Source of the DNA: Raillietiella orientalis
Taxonomy: Eukaryota
Assembly (NCBI GenBank): GCA_036172245.1
Contig: JAYWIR010000003.1
Span: 186,001-250,000, forward strand
Length of the DNA: 64,000 nucleotides
Direction: 5' to 3'
The notes beneath the pieces were generated by a model, which saw nothing but the letters and a program-made list of their open reading frames with translations, had not been told where the DNA came from and did not search any database. Positions 26,147 to 37,400 of this stretch are shown here, one piece after another. Position numbers and translations under genes: made by a program. Positions within the stretch are counted from its first letter, which is position 1. Each line of letters starts with the position of its first letter.

Positions 26147-26556
26147 GTGCTCTTGCATTCAGTCTTTGGGACGTCGTTTACTGAGACAAACGTATTACAA
26201 AGCCATGGTTGAACAGATGCATGATTGCCTGCTCACGGCAGTTTCCCTGTCTGTAAGTAGTCTTTGATGAGGCCTGCTTCCCATTAACACATTATGCATG
26301 CGACCTTCGCCCGGTACTCATACCTAGTGGCAACGGTGTGATGGATCGTTTGTTGTTTACTCTTTCGGAACCCTCATGTGTCGCCCGGTGTGATGTTACA
26401 AATGCACGTCCCCCCATACTGACTGCATGCTGCGTGACGGGGTTGCCAGCCTCGCACGTTGCTTTTATGGCCACCCAAAGGCGGTATGACCAGTATGACC
26501 GTCCTTTGGATAACCTGCGCGCTGCAGCACTCGGCTGCCTTAATCGTATTTGTATT

Positions 26557-26578
26557 TGTGTGTGTGTGTGTGTGTGTG
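26557..26578. repeat. (TG)n microsatellite followed by poly-T
   Basis: Directly visible. Confidence 0.9.
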
Positions 26579-26803
26579 TTTTTTTTTTTTTTTTGTTTTT
26601 CGTTTGTATTGTTTGTGTGCTTTCGGTTTGCGTTCCGTTTCGAAAACAGCAGCACCGGAAGAGGTGCACGGTGGTCGGGGGCAATCGAGTTCCCCAAGTT
26701 CGCAGGGATTACCGTTTTTTTCTTTTTTTTCTTTTTTCTTTCACGCACGTGTCATTGCTCCATTTCTACACCAAAACATTTAAATTCAATAACCTTGAAG
26801 GCT

Positions 26804-26836
26804 ATTGGCCGGAACTCCCACTCTGACGTCATGACG
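26804..26836 (+). promoter_or_regulatory. Proximal promoter cluster of the IER gene: inverted CCAAT, ETS-like CCGGAA, full CRE (TGACGTCA) plus adjacent half-CRE
   Basis: attgg 26804-26808, ccggaa 26809-26814, tgacgtca 26824-26831, tgacg 26832-26836; about 110-140 nt upstream of the ATG. Confidence 0.65.
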
Positions 26837-26943
26837 CTATGAGGCGATGTTACGCTACGCACAGGGCTTGTAAAACAGAAGCGTGATGTTTAAGTATAGG
26901 TGTAAAGTGGTGTAGTATTTCAGCGTGAGGTTAAACTGTGACA

Positions 26944-27624
26944 ATGTGTACGTACGATCAGCGTGAAATCGAAAAACTCATATACGTGTCGCTGGGCAAG
27001 ATCGCTTCGTCTCGCAAGCAGCGTGGTGGTGCCAAGCTGCACAAGAATCTGCTCGTGTCCACCGTTCTGCAGAAGGCGAGGCTGCAGCAGATGGAGATCA
27101 CAGTGAATTCTCTCCACGTGTCCCCCCCGATTTTAGATAATGACCTGGTGGAAGAGCACTTCGCCGGTGAGCTGGGGACGCTCGGCGACCCCGCGTGCTA
27201 CAACGAGACGCATCCCGTCAAGGTGGCGGCAGATTGCGATTGCGAACTTCATCACGAGACCGCGACCATGATGGATCTCGACACATGTTATCTGGAGATA
27301 CTGTCGTCGTCGCCGCCCGACCTGGAATTCAGCTTCAAGCGCAAGCAGCAGCAGCAGCAGCAGCAGCAGCATCAGGAGCAGCAGCTCGGATCGGAAGATG
27401 TGATGCTGAGCAAGCGTCTCCGCTACGACGAAAGTGTGCCGCAGCCGGAATCGAGTGGGAATTGCATGACGAGTGGCTCCTTGGAATGCCTGAGCAAGCT
27501 GAACGGTGACCTGCAGCTCGATGGCAACGTCAAGTGTGGAGTAAGTCATGAACTTAATTGTAATATGCAAGCAAAGGACATTTTCGAATTCATAGTAACG
27601 CCCGTCATTGCATTGACTGTATAA
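26944..27624 (+). CDS. Immediate early response (IER2/IER5-like) family protein, intronless
   Basis: The N-terminal motif LIYVSLGKIASSRKQRGGAKLHKNLLVSTVLQKAR is the IER family signature. Single ORF with a (CAG)8 polyQ at 27346-27369 and basic KRK/KRLR motifs. Confidence 0.92.
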   Translation: MCTYDQREIEKLIYVSLGKIASSRKQRGGAKLHKNLLVSTVLQKARLQQMEITVNSLHVSPPILDNDLVEEHFAGELGTLGDPACYNETHPVKVAADCDCELHHETATMMDLDTCYLEILSSSPPDLEFSFKRKQQQQQQQQHQEQQLGSEDVMLSKRLRYDESVPQPESSGNCMTSGSLECLSKLNGDLQLDGNVKCGVSHELNCNMQAKDIFEFIVTPVIALTV

Positions 27625-27930
27625 GTGTCTTTAGTGTATTAGAAATATACTTGTCTTCAGAAGCCCCCCTTTCTTTCCCTCGCTCCCCCCTTTTTTTTTC
27701 TTTTCTTCCCCCCTCCTCCTCCTCCTCCTCCTCCTCCCATGCACTTGGTTTATGCAGATTGCCATCGTTCGGGAATAAGTTCTTTCCTCCGTGAGATCAA
27801 GAACCTGAGGTCTTCTCGTCTTTTGGAAGCGGTGGGGGGGAGAGGGGAAAAAAAGGGGGGGGGGAAGCCGTGTAACCTCAAGGCATCCTTTTCAGCATTT
27901 GTTGTTGTTGTTCACTCAAATCACAGCACG

Positions 27931-27945
27931 TATTTATTTATTTAA
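27931..27945 (+). promoter_or_regulatory. AU-rich element (overlapping AUUUA x3) in the presumed IER 3' UTR
   Basis: tatttatttatttaa about 310 nt downstream of the stop codon. Confidence 0.6.
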
Positions 27946-29280
27946 TTTTTTTTTTTCCCGTTTCCTGCTGAATGCAGGCCACCTGCCTGGTGCCTCCTCT
28001 CCCGTTCGGCGGTGGACTCGTCCGATCCCACCGATTTTCGCCTGGCGCCGGCGCCATCCATTTCTTCACATTTAATTGTCCGAACACACTTTTCCGTAAA
28101 AGTCAGTGTACCGTTAAGTTGCCGCAGTATCCTAAATTTATGCCATTAACCCGCGGTAGTGGGTCACAGCGAAATCAACTTTCTTTTTGCGTTGTTTTGG
28201 CCGTCTCGCGTGCAGCCTTCTTCTGGCCAGCGGTTGCTCCTCCGTACGAACACTCCTCCGGGCCGAGGGAGTGTGTGTACACTCTTCGCGCGTGCGAGTG
28301 GGGGGGGCCAAAAAAAAAAAGAGGAGGAAAAAAAAAGAACTCTCTTTTACTGCACTTGCGTACACGGGGAAAGACTTTCCGCCAAGCATGGGGTTCGCAG
28401 CCGGAGACTGCGTGCATCGTGTGTGACGGAGATTGCGAATTACGCGGTGAGGGAGGGAGCAGCTGCTCTTCCTCCCTCCTCCTCGCAGTCATTGACTGGG
28501 ATTCGCGCTTGTCGTGCAGCGTTTTTGCTCTTCCCGGTCCGGTGGAATGGGTGAAGCAGCTCAGGGAGCACGCGTGGAAGAATTCCAATGGGGGGAACCT
28601 CGGGTGTGGGCCGTCCGAACAGGTGAAAGTCTGCCGAGGTGAGGAAAGAAAGTTCCCTCCGGTCTTTGACTCACAGGGCCTGCCGGCAAAGAATGGGTAA
28701 CGTCTCACGCACCTCTCGTTGCCGAGACCACCGTTGTGAACCCATGGAGACGAAGGGAAGGATGGTCGGCTTGCGAACGAGAATGCCATTTGAAAAGGAA
28801 ATGGTACCGTTCTCCCTCCCTCTCTCCTGGATCGATGGCGATCCGAATCTCCCCCTCCCCTCCCCTTCGTGCCGTCCGTGTTCCTATGGTTACGCTTCCG
28901 TGTCGCGAGTGCACTCGACGCGCTTGGTGTTGGGGAACCTTTGACCGCGTGAATCGCCGAGAACGCGGCCGGAAGCACACGCCGGATACTCGCTGAGTGC
29001 CTCGGGAGGTCTTCCAGGCTGCCGATTCATGAATCTCTGCGGGATGCGCCGAAGAGGATTTTCTCCTCGAAAGTTCCCGTTTGGCGCAGTACCTCGCGAC
29101 TCGTCGTCGGTTCGATGGACTGCCGGATCGCGCGTTCCGCGTTGAGCTTTCTTCTCTTCGGGGATCAGTGAACCTCTCTCGCACGCGCGCACGTCCCGCG
29201 CCTGCGAATCGAGGCAGTCGAAGCGCGGGGGCGGCCCTGCCGGAGGTGCGGGTCGGGTGCTCAGGTCGATTTGGCTCTCG

Positions 29281-30900
29281 CCTGGGCACGCCGGGGAATT
29301 TAATTACAACTTAAATGATAAACATTTTCGATTTCTGTGGTTTGACCGGTGGTCCAACGGTCCCGTCCCTTTTTGATCGAATCCGCTGCGTTGAAGATTC
29401 GCAGACCGGTGTTTGGTCTACCATGGCAGCAGAGGTAGGGGGCAAACGAAAGAAAAAAAATAAAATAAAATGATTTGGGGGCGGGGGAATGCGGGAAGTC
29501 ATGCGGCATTTTGGGCATGCTTTCTGGAGGCGGTCCCCTGCATCCTTTGGTGGATGCCTGCAAGGTCTTGCTGTCCAGGTGGGGCCATCTTGTTACCATC
29601 CTCATGAAACGGGCGGCGAAGTGGATGTGGCACCCCTGCCGCTGTGCCCCCTTCTTGCGTCGCTCCAGGCAGCGACGATCCCGCGTAGGCAGCAGAGGGC
29701 TGCTGGCGAGACTGATGGTCGAAGAGCGTCGCGAGCGAGGAGAGGTTTGAGAGCGTCCCTGGAGTTGCCGCCGGGAGTTCCTGCGAAGGGTCGCGGGCGA
29801 AGCGTTCCCAGAGGGGCCGGAGGGCAAGCAGGTGTGGGGGGAATTCCCTCTCTCCGCATCTGCCACAGTCTGGGTTCATTCTCCCCCCCCCCCTCCCGCG
29901 TCCAGCGATGCTGGCAGGAAACTCATTTTGCTGGGAGGACTTGCCGTCAAGAACCATCACCGGAGGACCCGGCCGGAAGCAGCCTGCGAACACTTGTGGA
30001 ACACCTCGGAGAAGACCTTCCGGGCCGCGTGTTCATAAATCTCTCCAGGATGCAAACTTTGGACTGTTCTGTTGCAGATCGATCACGGTTTTCTGTATCC
30101 CATGCCCAGCTAGCGCGAGGTGAATTCTCGACCTGGTCGGAACCAGGGTCAGAGAGGGCAGGGGTCCGCGCTCGTTGCGGCAGGCGACCATGTGTCGTCC
30201 GCCCCTGGAGCTGCGAACTGCCAGGGGAGGTGGCGGAGGAAAGCTGGTCCCCCTGTTCGAACTCTCCTCGTTCGAATCAGCGAACCAGCTGAACGACCTT
30301 CTGCATCCTTTCGGCTCCCGAGCCCCTCCGGACAACTGCTGCGGAAGACAGCCGACGGAAAGACGCGTTCGAGATGGAGGAAGAATGCGCGCGCCGTGAA
30401 CGTGCTCGAGGCAGTCCGAGGTTCCTGCACTCGGAATGCGTTCATACCCCCCTCCTCCCTCTCGCGAGATGATGTCACCGGTCGGATGCTGTCGTCTCTC
30501 CGGACGACTTCGGTTTTCCTACCGCGGCGAACCAGACGGGCATTTCGGATTCGGCGATGCGCGCGCGGAAACGGGGCCACTGCCAGACGCGCGGCGCCAG
30601 CGGAGCTGACGGCGGCAGCCTTCGGAGACGCGCAGCCTCCGAGGAAACTTGGCGGAGGCCGCGACTTGTTGACTCCGCAGCGAGAAAGCGTCCTTGTCGA
30701 GCCTCGTATTTCCGGGCTCGAAGACTGCGTCTTCGCGCGCGCGCCTTCCGACCCGGCGCAGCGAACGTGCCTTGAACATCCCGGCCGTTTGCCGGGCGCC
30801 CTCTGTTCCACTTCCTTTTCCCGCCCAGGGACCGCGAGTAGAAAGAAAGGGAACTCTTCCCGAGGGAACGTGGAACTTTCACGGAAGGGGGGGGGGGGAG
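29281..30900 (-). mobile_element. Decayed L1/Tx1-like LINE copy (ORF2 3' part + 3' end)
   Basis: PDCGRCGEREFPPHLLALRPLW, AALCCLRGIVAAWS and RWPHL match the 880-1640 and 10450-11100 copies. The upstream limit is approximate. Confidence 0.8.
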
Positions 30901-31884
30901 AGCTGCCTGCAGCTCGGAAGCAACAGAGGTCGCTCGAGGTGGTTTCCTGCCGGTCAAGCCCAGCGTCGCACTCCAAGAGTTTATCAGAAACGGACGCACC
31001 CACTGTGGCCGCGCTCAGGCGCACTGACCCACCTGCACTTGGTCCGAGGGAGTAGGTACGGAGTGCGAAGGAGGACAGTGAACAAATAAATAGTTGGAAG
31101 AAGGGGGAAGGGTCACCGGACTCGAGGCCCTGCTGCTTCTGGTCCTCAGTCCTTGCGCGATGCTGGCAACCGATCTCCGTCGCCGTTCTACTCAGCAGAG
31201 ACCACACCACCGCGCTGCTCTCTGTAGCATGGCAACGGCTAGGAAGAGCGGCTGCTCTCCCCTTTTCTTTTCCTCCTCCTCCTCGGCGGGCGCTCCGCTG
31301 TGGAACGAAAGGCCTCGACGCCGCGGTTGCAGCACAAGATGGCGGCGGCCGCTGCAGCCGGCGAAAGTCCATCTCTGACGATAAAACGCCTCCCGAGGTA
31401 CCCCCGGGCGGCGTGTCGCCCAGGCAGGAGAGCGTCTTTGCCACTCCTTCCCAGGCCGCACGAAACGCAGCGCGCATGCGCTGTAGGCCGAGGCGAAGAA
31501 TGGATTCCTTCGGTCGTCACCTTGCGCTCTTCCTCCCCCTCGCTCGCGGGCGGGCGGTGCCTGTTCATAGGAGCACCCAGTGCAAAGGGAACGCCATGGT
31601 CCTGTGCATGCGGGATGGAGCCGCGGGACGGACCCGGCGGATGCAAAGGCAGCGGAAGGGGGGGGGGGAGGGACGCACCAGTTTCACTCGGGAGATAGGC
31701 CGTCAAAACAAAAAGTCCCTCTTCCTGTGTCCTCGGAGTGACCACGGCCGGTCAACCGAGATGCTGTCCATTCGCTGAACAGTTTAGCGACGTCCCTCAT
31801 TGGGGGGGGGGGGGGGGCAGTGCAAGTCTTGGCTGCTGCTGTTTCTTTTTCTTGAGGAAGGCGGCGCCGCGGCTAATGGCACGG

Positions 31885-32365
31885 GGGCCTTGCGGCTGCT
31901 GCAGTCTCACGCGCGCATCGCGGGTTGGAATCCCTCCTGGGGGGGCGACGGACGGATCGACGCAGGGAATTGGGGGGTGCATCGTCTGTTTCGAGTTGCC
32001 TACCCCACCCCCACCCCCTTCCGCAGGATGACGCTGGTTGGCCTGTAGGCTTCGGGCGCGGTGGCAATGGTGGAAGCCGCCGGATGCCCCTGTCGACTGA
32101 CTGCGATCGGAAGTCGACCCTCAGAGGTCATCCCAGGAGTCAAAAAGTCCTGCGGGGCTGCTCTCCGGTTGCCAAATGGACTGTCTTCCCCTCGGGGAAC
32201 CGCCTCCCCAGAGTGGCAGGAAGAGCTCTGCTCCCCTTCGGGGAGCGTCTTCCAGAGAAAATTCGGGAGCGCTTCTTCGAGGTTCTCTCCAGAGGAGGGA
32301 AGAAGGAGCGGTTCTCTTGCGGTGCGTTGGGCCGCATCGGAAGCGGAAACCCTTCCTGAACCTCG
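31885..32365 (+). mobile_element. tRNA-headed SINE-like element copy
   Basis: ggctgctgcagtc head, degenerate B-box GGGTTGGAATCCC (31922-31934), shared body gacgctggttggcc...ggagcggttctc...cccttcctg. Confidence 0.7.
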
Positions 32366-32882
32366 ATCCTTCCCTTCCTCTACTTTCCCATCGCCGCGCC
32401 CCACGAAATGTGGCCTTCACGCCTTAGCTGTTTCGCCTTTCTCCTTCCGCTGGTGGCAGTTCGAGGATGGGCAAGGTCCGTCGGCCAACTGTGGTCTTCA
32501 CCTGCGCGAGTGCGCGCCGACCCGGCGGAGGCCTCGTCGCAAGGGAGGTCCAGTCGCACGCGATCGCCTCTTCCTCGGGCTGGCCCGTGCGGACTCATGG
32601 AGGTGGCCCAAAGCCGGCCGAGGTCCAGAAGCAGCACTCCAGTCCGGCGACCCCGTCCCCCCTTCTCCCGTTCGCTGCCTCCTTCGTACCCCAGATCTAC
32701 TCCCTCGGACGCATCCTGAGCGTCGAGGGCGAAACGGGTTGCAGACCACAGCCCGGTGTTGGCTGAAAGGGCAGGAGGCAAGCCGAGGTCACAAAGAAAG
32801 AAGAAATCCGTCCTGCACAGGCAGCGTCAGTTTCCAAGTGCTCCTCTGGCAACGTGCAGAAGCGCGGTCTGGCTGTGGGGCG

Positions 32883-33962
32883 AGGCAAGAGGACCCCGAC
32901 CGCCCTCACCTGCGTCCAGGCGTCCCACATCACCAGCACGTCCGCCGTGATCACCTGGCTGCCCAGCAACAGCAACTACCAGCACGCCGTGGTGGTGAAC
33001 AACGTCGAGGTCCGCGTCCTGAAGCCGGGCGTCTACCGCCACACCATCTCAGGCACGGGAAGGGGGGTGGGGGACGTCGCTATCCCGGGAGCGGGACCCA
33101 TGTTCCACGCTTCTTCCTTTGCAGGCCTCACTCCGGACACCCTGTACAAGGTGACCGTGCGCTCCAAGAACATCCCGCCTCCTGGCTACGGGGAGAGGCG
33201 CGTGGACGTGCCCACCACGGCGTGCGTCGAGTTTCGCACGCTGCGCAAAGGTACCAGTCGCCTCGTGCCGTTCCCTGCCCGGAGCGCGCGGAGATGGTGG
33301 GGGAGGGGCGCGGTAACCCCCGTTCTGTCTCCCGCAGGTCTCCCGGACTCGCCCACGAATGTGCAAGTGGAGCCCGGACCCCAGGACGACACCGTCCTCG
33401 TCACCTGGCAACCCGTCGCTCTCGACAAGCATGCGCTCGCCAGCATCAGCGCCGTCGTCGGCTACTCCGTGTACATGGATGGCAAGAAGGTCGCGGACGT
33501 GGACAGCCCCACGGGCGACCACGCCCTCATCGACATCGCCCAGTTTCCCGTGCCCAGCAAGGTCACCGTGCGGACCAGATCCAAGGACGGGCTGTCCGTC
33601 GACTCGCTTCCCGGCGTCGTACCCGACGCCATGGCCGGCTTCGCGAAGGGGGAAACCGAGGAGACGAAGAAGCCCTCGTCGTCTCCGCGCAAGGTACGCG
33701 TCGGAAAGGTGGGGGAGAGGGAGTTACGCAGGGGCGGCTGCGAGGTCCTCCCTCCGCTCCCTCGAGGGCGAGGCACTTGCCTCCTCCCATTTCCCTCTCT
33801 CTTTCTCCTCTTCCTCTACCTTTCTTCCTTCTTCTCCTTCCCTTTTCGTCCTTTTTGTCTTCCTTTCCTCCTCCTCTTTCTCTCTGTTTCTTCCCTGTTC
33901 CTCCTCCTCCTCCTTTTTCCTTCCTCTAGCCCCACTTCCTGCTCCCTCCCTTTTTTCCTTTC
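32883..33962 (+). pseudogene. Inverted partial duplicate of RIMBP (FN3-2/FN3-3 exons with introns)
   Basis: Reverse complement of 57613-58692. Starts mid-exon and retains both internal introns. By eye, only about 2 substitutions in the central ~950 bp. Confidence 0.9.
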
Positions 33963-34400
33963 CTTTCTCTTCCCGTTCCTTTCTTTCTCCTTATCCTTTT
34001 CCTCCCCTTTTTCCTATTCCTCTCTTCTTCTTCCTTTCCTCCTCCTCCTCCTTTTCCTTCTCTTTCTCCCTGTTTCCTCTTCCTTCCCTTCCTGTTCTTT
34101 CCTCTTCCTCCTCCTCTTTCTCTCCCTGTTTCCTCCTCCTCCTTTTCCTTTCCCTCTGCTCCACTTCCTGCTCTTTCCCTCCTTTCCTTCCCCTCCTCTT
34201 TCCCTTCCTTTCTTCCTCCTCTTTCTTCTCCTCCCTTCCTCTGACTGCTTTTTTTTTTTTTTCTTCTTCCTTCTCTTCCCTTCCTCCCCCTCGAGTGCGG
34301 CAGCTCAATGTCACGGATGATCATCTTTCGTCCTCGTCCTCCTCCTCTTTTCCCTTCCTTTCTTCCTTTTCCTCCTTTTCAAGCTCGTCTTTCTCCTCCT
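33780..34400 (+). repeat. Long polypyrimidine (C/T) low-complexity tract
   Basis: About 600 bp almost entirely C/T, with reiterated cctcctctttctctc / ccacttcctgct units. Confidence 0.9.
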
Positions 34401-37400
34401 GCTTTGTTCCCCGCCCTCTTCTTAGTCGCGGAACGGGCTTTCCACCTCGGGGTACGGCGGGCAGCGCAGTTTCGAAGGAGCTCCCCACCAGGATGCTGGG
34501 GGGTTCCCAGATGTCCTCCTGGGAGCATTGTCCTGGACTGAGGCGCCTCCGTTCCTCCTTCCCTTCCTTCCACTCTCACGGGAACATTTCGCTCTTGGAG
34601 GCCGTGGTTGTGGCGAGTGGCAACGAATGCTCCCTTCCCTGCGGATGGCAGGTGTCGAGGTGGCACGCATCTCCCGGAATAGGTTCACCTTCTCCTGGCG
34701 ACTTGTCTCTCAGAAGTGAATTTCCGTAGCGTCCCCCTGGACCTCCGGATCGGCGCCCCCGCCTTCCACGCGGTGTCTCGCCATCTCGGCCACCGCATTT
34801 CCCCCGTCTTTACCATTCCGCCGGCAGCGCACTTTCCGCCATCCCCTCGGTATCGCTCGTCTCCATCTCCTCTTCGCCCGCCGTTTCCACGACGATCCTC
34901 CCAGATCGGGAAGACGTCCTTCCCCCTCTTCCTCCATCCGATAAGTTCGAGGTGGTTATTAATAGATCTGCGGTCGGTATGAGAACGCAAAGGTTCTGCT
35001 CGCCCGGGGTGCTCGTCGCGCGAGCGAAAGGCGAGCGAAATGCCCCGAGGCGATTGCGCCAGCTCCGATTATGCGGAAACCCAGGGGAGGAAGCTCGACA
35101 GGGAAATCCACTTCGCCTGCAGGGAGCGGAAACCGGTGGAACCGGTGGCTCTCGGCGCGAACGCCGACTCAGTTCCGGTTGGCATGGCCACCGGACGCCC
35201 TCTTCCTCTCCTTTCGTCGCTGCCGGGCGCGCGCGCCGTCCAATCCGCTCGCGTGCGTTGACCGCGCGCGAAGCGTTCCCTGCCGCATCCCGGAAATGAG
35301 CTGACGGCCTCGGCAGGAGAGGAAGAGCGCCGCGGAACCCTCTGGGGCTGCGTGCTCTTCGGCGGCGCGGATACCTGGGGTCCCGAGGCGTCGTGCTCTG
35401 CGGCCGTTCAGATCCTCCCTTTGGGGCTTGAGCCGTCGTCGTTGTCCTGCGAAAGGAAGGAAGGGGAAGGGGAGGAGAGGAATCGCCAGTCTCGACCGGA
35501 AAACAAACCACCTCCGAGCGCGGCAGCTGCCCGTGATGAAGCTCCCGGAAGGCACTCCTGCCACCCCGACCTTCCTCGCCCTAGGTGACTCGTGTGGTGG
35601 CTGCGCGGAAGGAGGCGGCGGCGGCCGGACGCGCTCAAGGGGACCTGGAGGAGGAGCACAGCCGAGATCCGAGGGCTCCAGTAGGGCACGTCTTCCCTCT
35701 TCCTCCTCTTCCCCTCTCTCTCGCCTCCTCCTCGGTCTGGGCGCCCCTGTCTTGGCACGCCCTCCAGCCCGCAGGCTTCCCAGTCGGGCTCGGGCGCGTG
35801 AGCTGTCGGGGGGTGTCTGCAGGCGAGGAGGCGGCTCTGGGCGATCCTGCCGCAGGGATCCCGGCATCCCACTCGTTAGCAGCTGCGCAGCTGCTTCGGG
35901 GGAGACGGCCAGATGCGGCGGCCGCCTCTCGGGACGCGGCGAAGGCATCACGCCCCCTTCAGGAGGCTGTTTCCCCGGCGACTTCAGGCGGGCCCTCAGG
36001 CTGAAGGGAGGTTCGGGCGTCCGGCACGCGGAGAACGAACGCCCCGGGCTTGCATCCGGCCGAAAAGCGCCAGCCTGGCGAGGCAGATCCTGGAGGGGTG
36101 GGGACGCGCGCCTCGGCGGAGTCGCAGGGCGCCAGGGTAAAGTTGGGCGCCCCTCCCGTCTTTTGAGCAGGGAGGAGGAGGGCAGGGAGAGGTGCGCTGT
36201 GGGCCCATGGAGCATTCGTCCCCCTCTCCTCACTCGCGTCCGACGGTCGTCCGACCTCGGACTTTTTTCTCCCGCCGGCAGCCTCGGCCCGTGAGGGGAG
36301 GGGAGACACCAGCAAGAAGAGGACGGAAAGAGGGGAGAAGCCAACCGCACTTGGCCGCCATGCCGCTTCCGCCGACACATCCGATCAGCTTCCTTTCCTC
36401 CTCCTCTTCCCTCACCGAATCTATGAGAGCTGTCCGCTGCTTTCCCCACTTCGCCCTTCAGTGCCACATATTCTCCCTTCCTCTTTGGCTTCCGGGACCA
36501 CTCGGCCACCATGCAAAGAGAGGCACTTCCTATCCCACCCTACAGCGAAAGGGACACCTCCCATCCTCTTACGAGGCACGGCTCCTTGAGAGGGAACTGA
36601 ACTTCCGTCTCCTCCTCCGTCGCCCTCCGGGACACGAGTACCTCGGCAGCTGCTCCAACATGCCTCTTGACGTTGCTTGATCCCAGCATCCCCGTTGCCA
36701 GGAGGCGGAGGTGCAAGCACCAAGTCCTAAGTCACCGGCGCGCACTGTCCAGCGGGTTCCTCCCTCCTGGGATCGGACGCACCCCCCGGAGAGCATCTCG
36801 AAGGAGGAGGGAAATCTCGCCGCATGTCCTTTCCGGAAAGCAACAATCCTTCTGCCGCGAGCTCGCAGACCAGCAACCGCTCCTGCCCCGAAGGCATCCG
36901 TCTTCCAGAGGGCGACCTGGAGGGGGGATTGGTAGGGACACGTCCCCCACGTCCATGCTCTTTCCTTCCCCCTCTTCTCCGCGCAATAGTATCGGGGCCG
37001 ATGGCGGTTTCTCGTCCTCGGAGTGCAAAGAGGACGGCCACCCGCAGAGTGCCCAGCTTACCACCCCGTCCAACAACAGCGGCGGGTCGCTGAGAAATTC
37101 GGGCCGGCGGCCCAGGATCTTCCCTGTGGTTCGTTGGGACAGATCCAAGGAGAAAATAGCGTGAGTGGGGCACACCCAACCGTGGTCCCGGGGCTCGTCC
37201 GAATATCCTTTCCTGGAATGCCCGTCGGCGCCGCCTCCGTGACCCCCCCCTTGGGGGGGGGCAGCGACGCCGCGGGCGACGGCGACGGAGAGGGTGCCCA
37301 CGGCAGCAAGGAGGCGAGACGCCCTGGTGGAGCGTGCGGGGAAAGGGCTGAGTCCCGAGACGTCGAAGGGGAGGTCTGGGGAGGAGGGAGGGCGCCGCCG

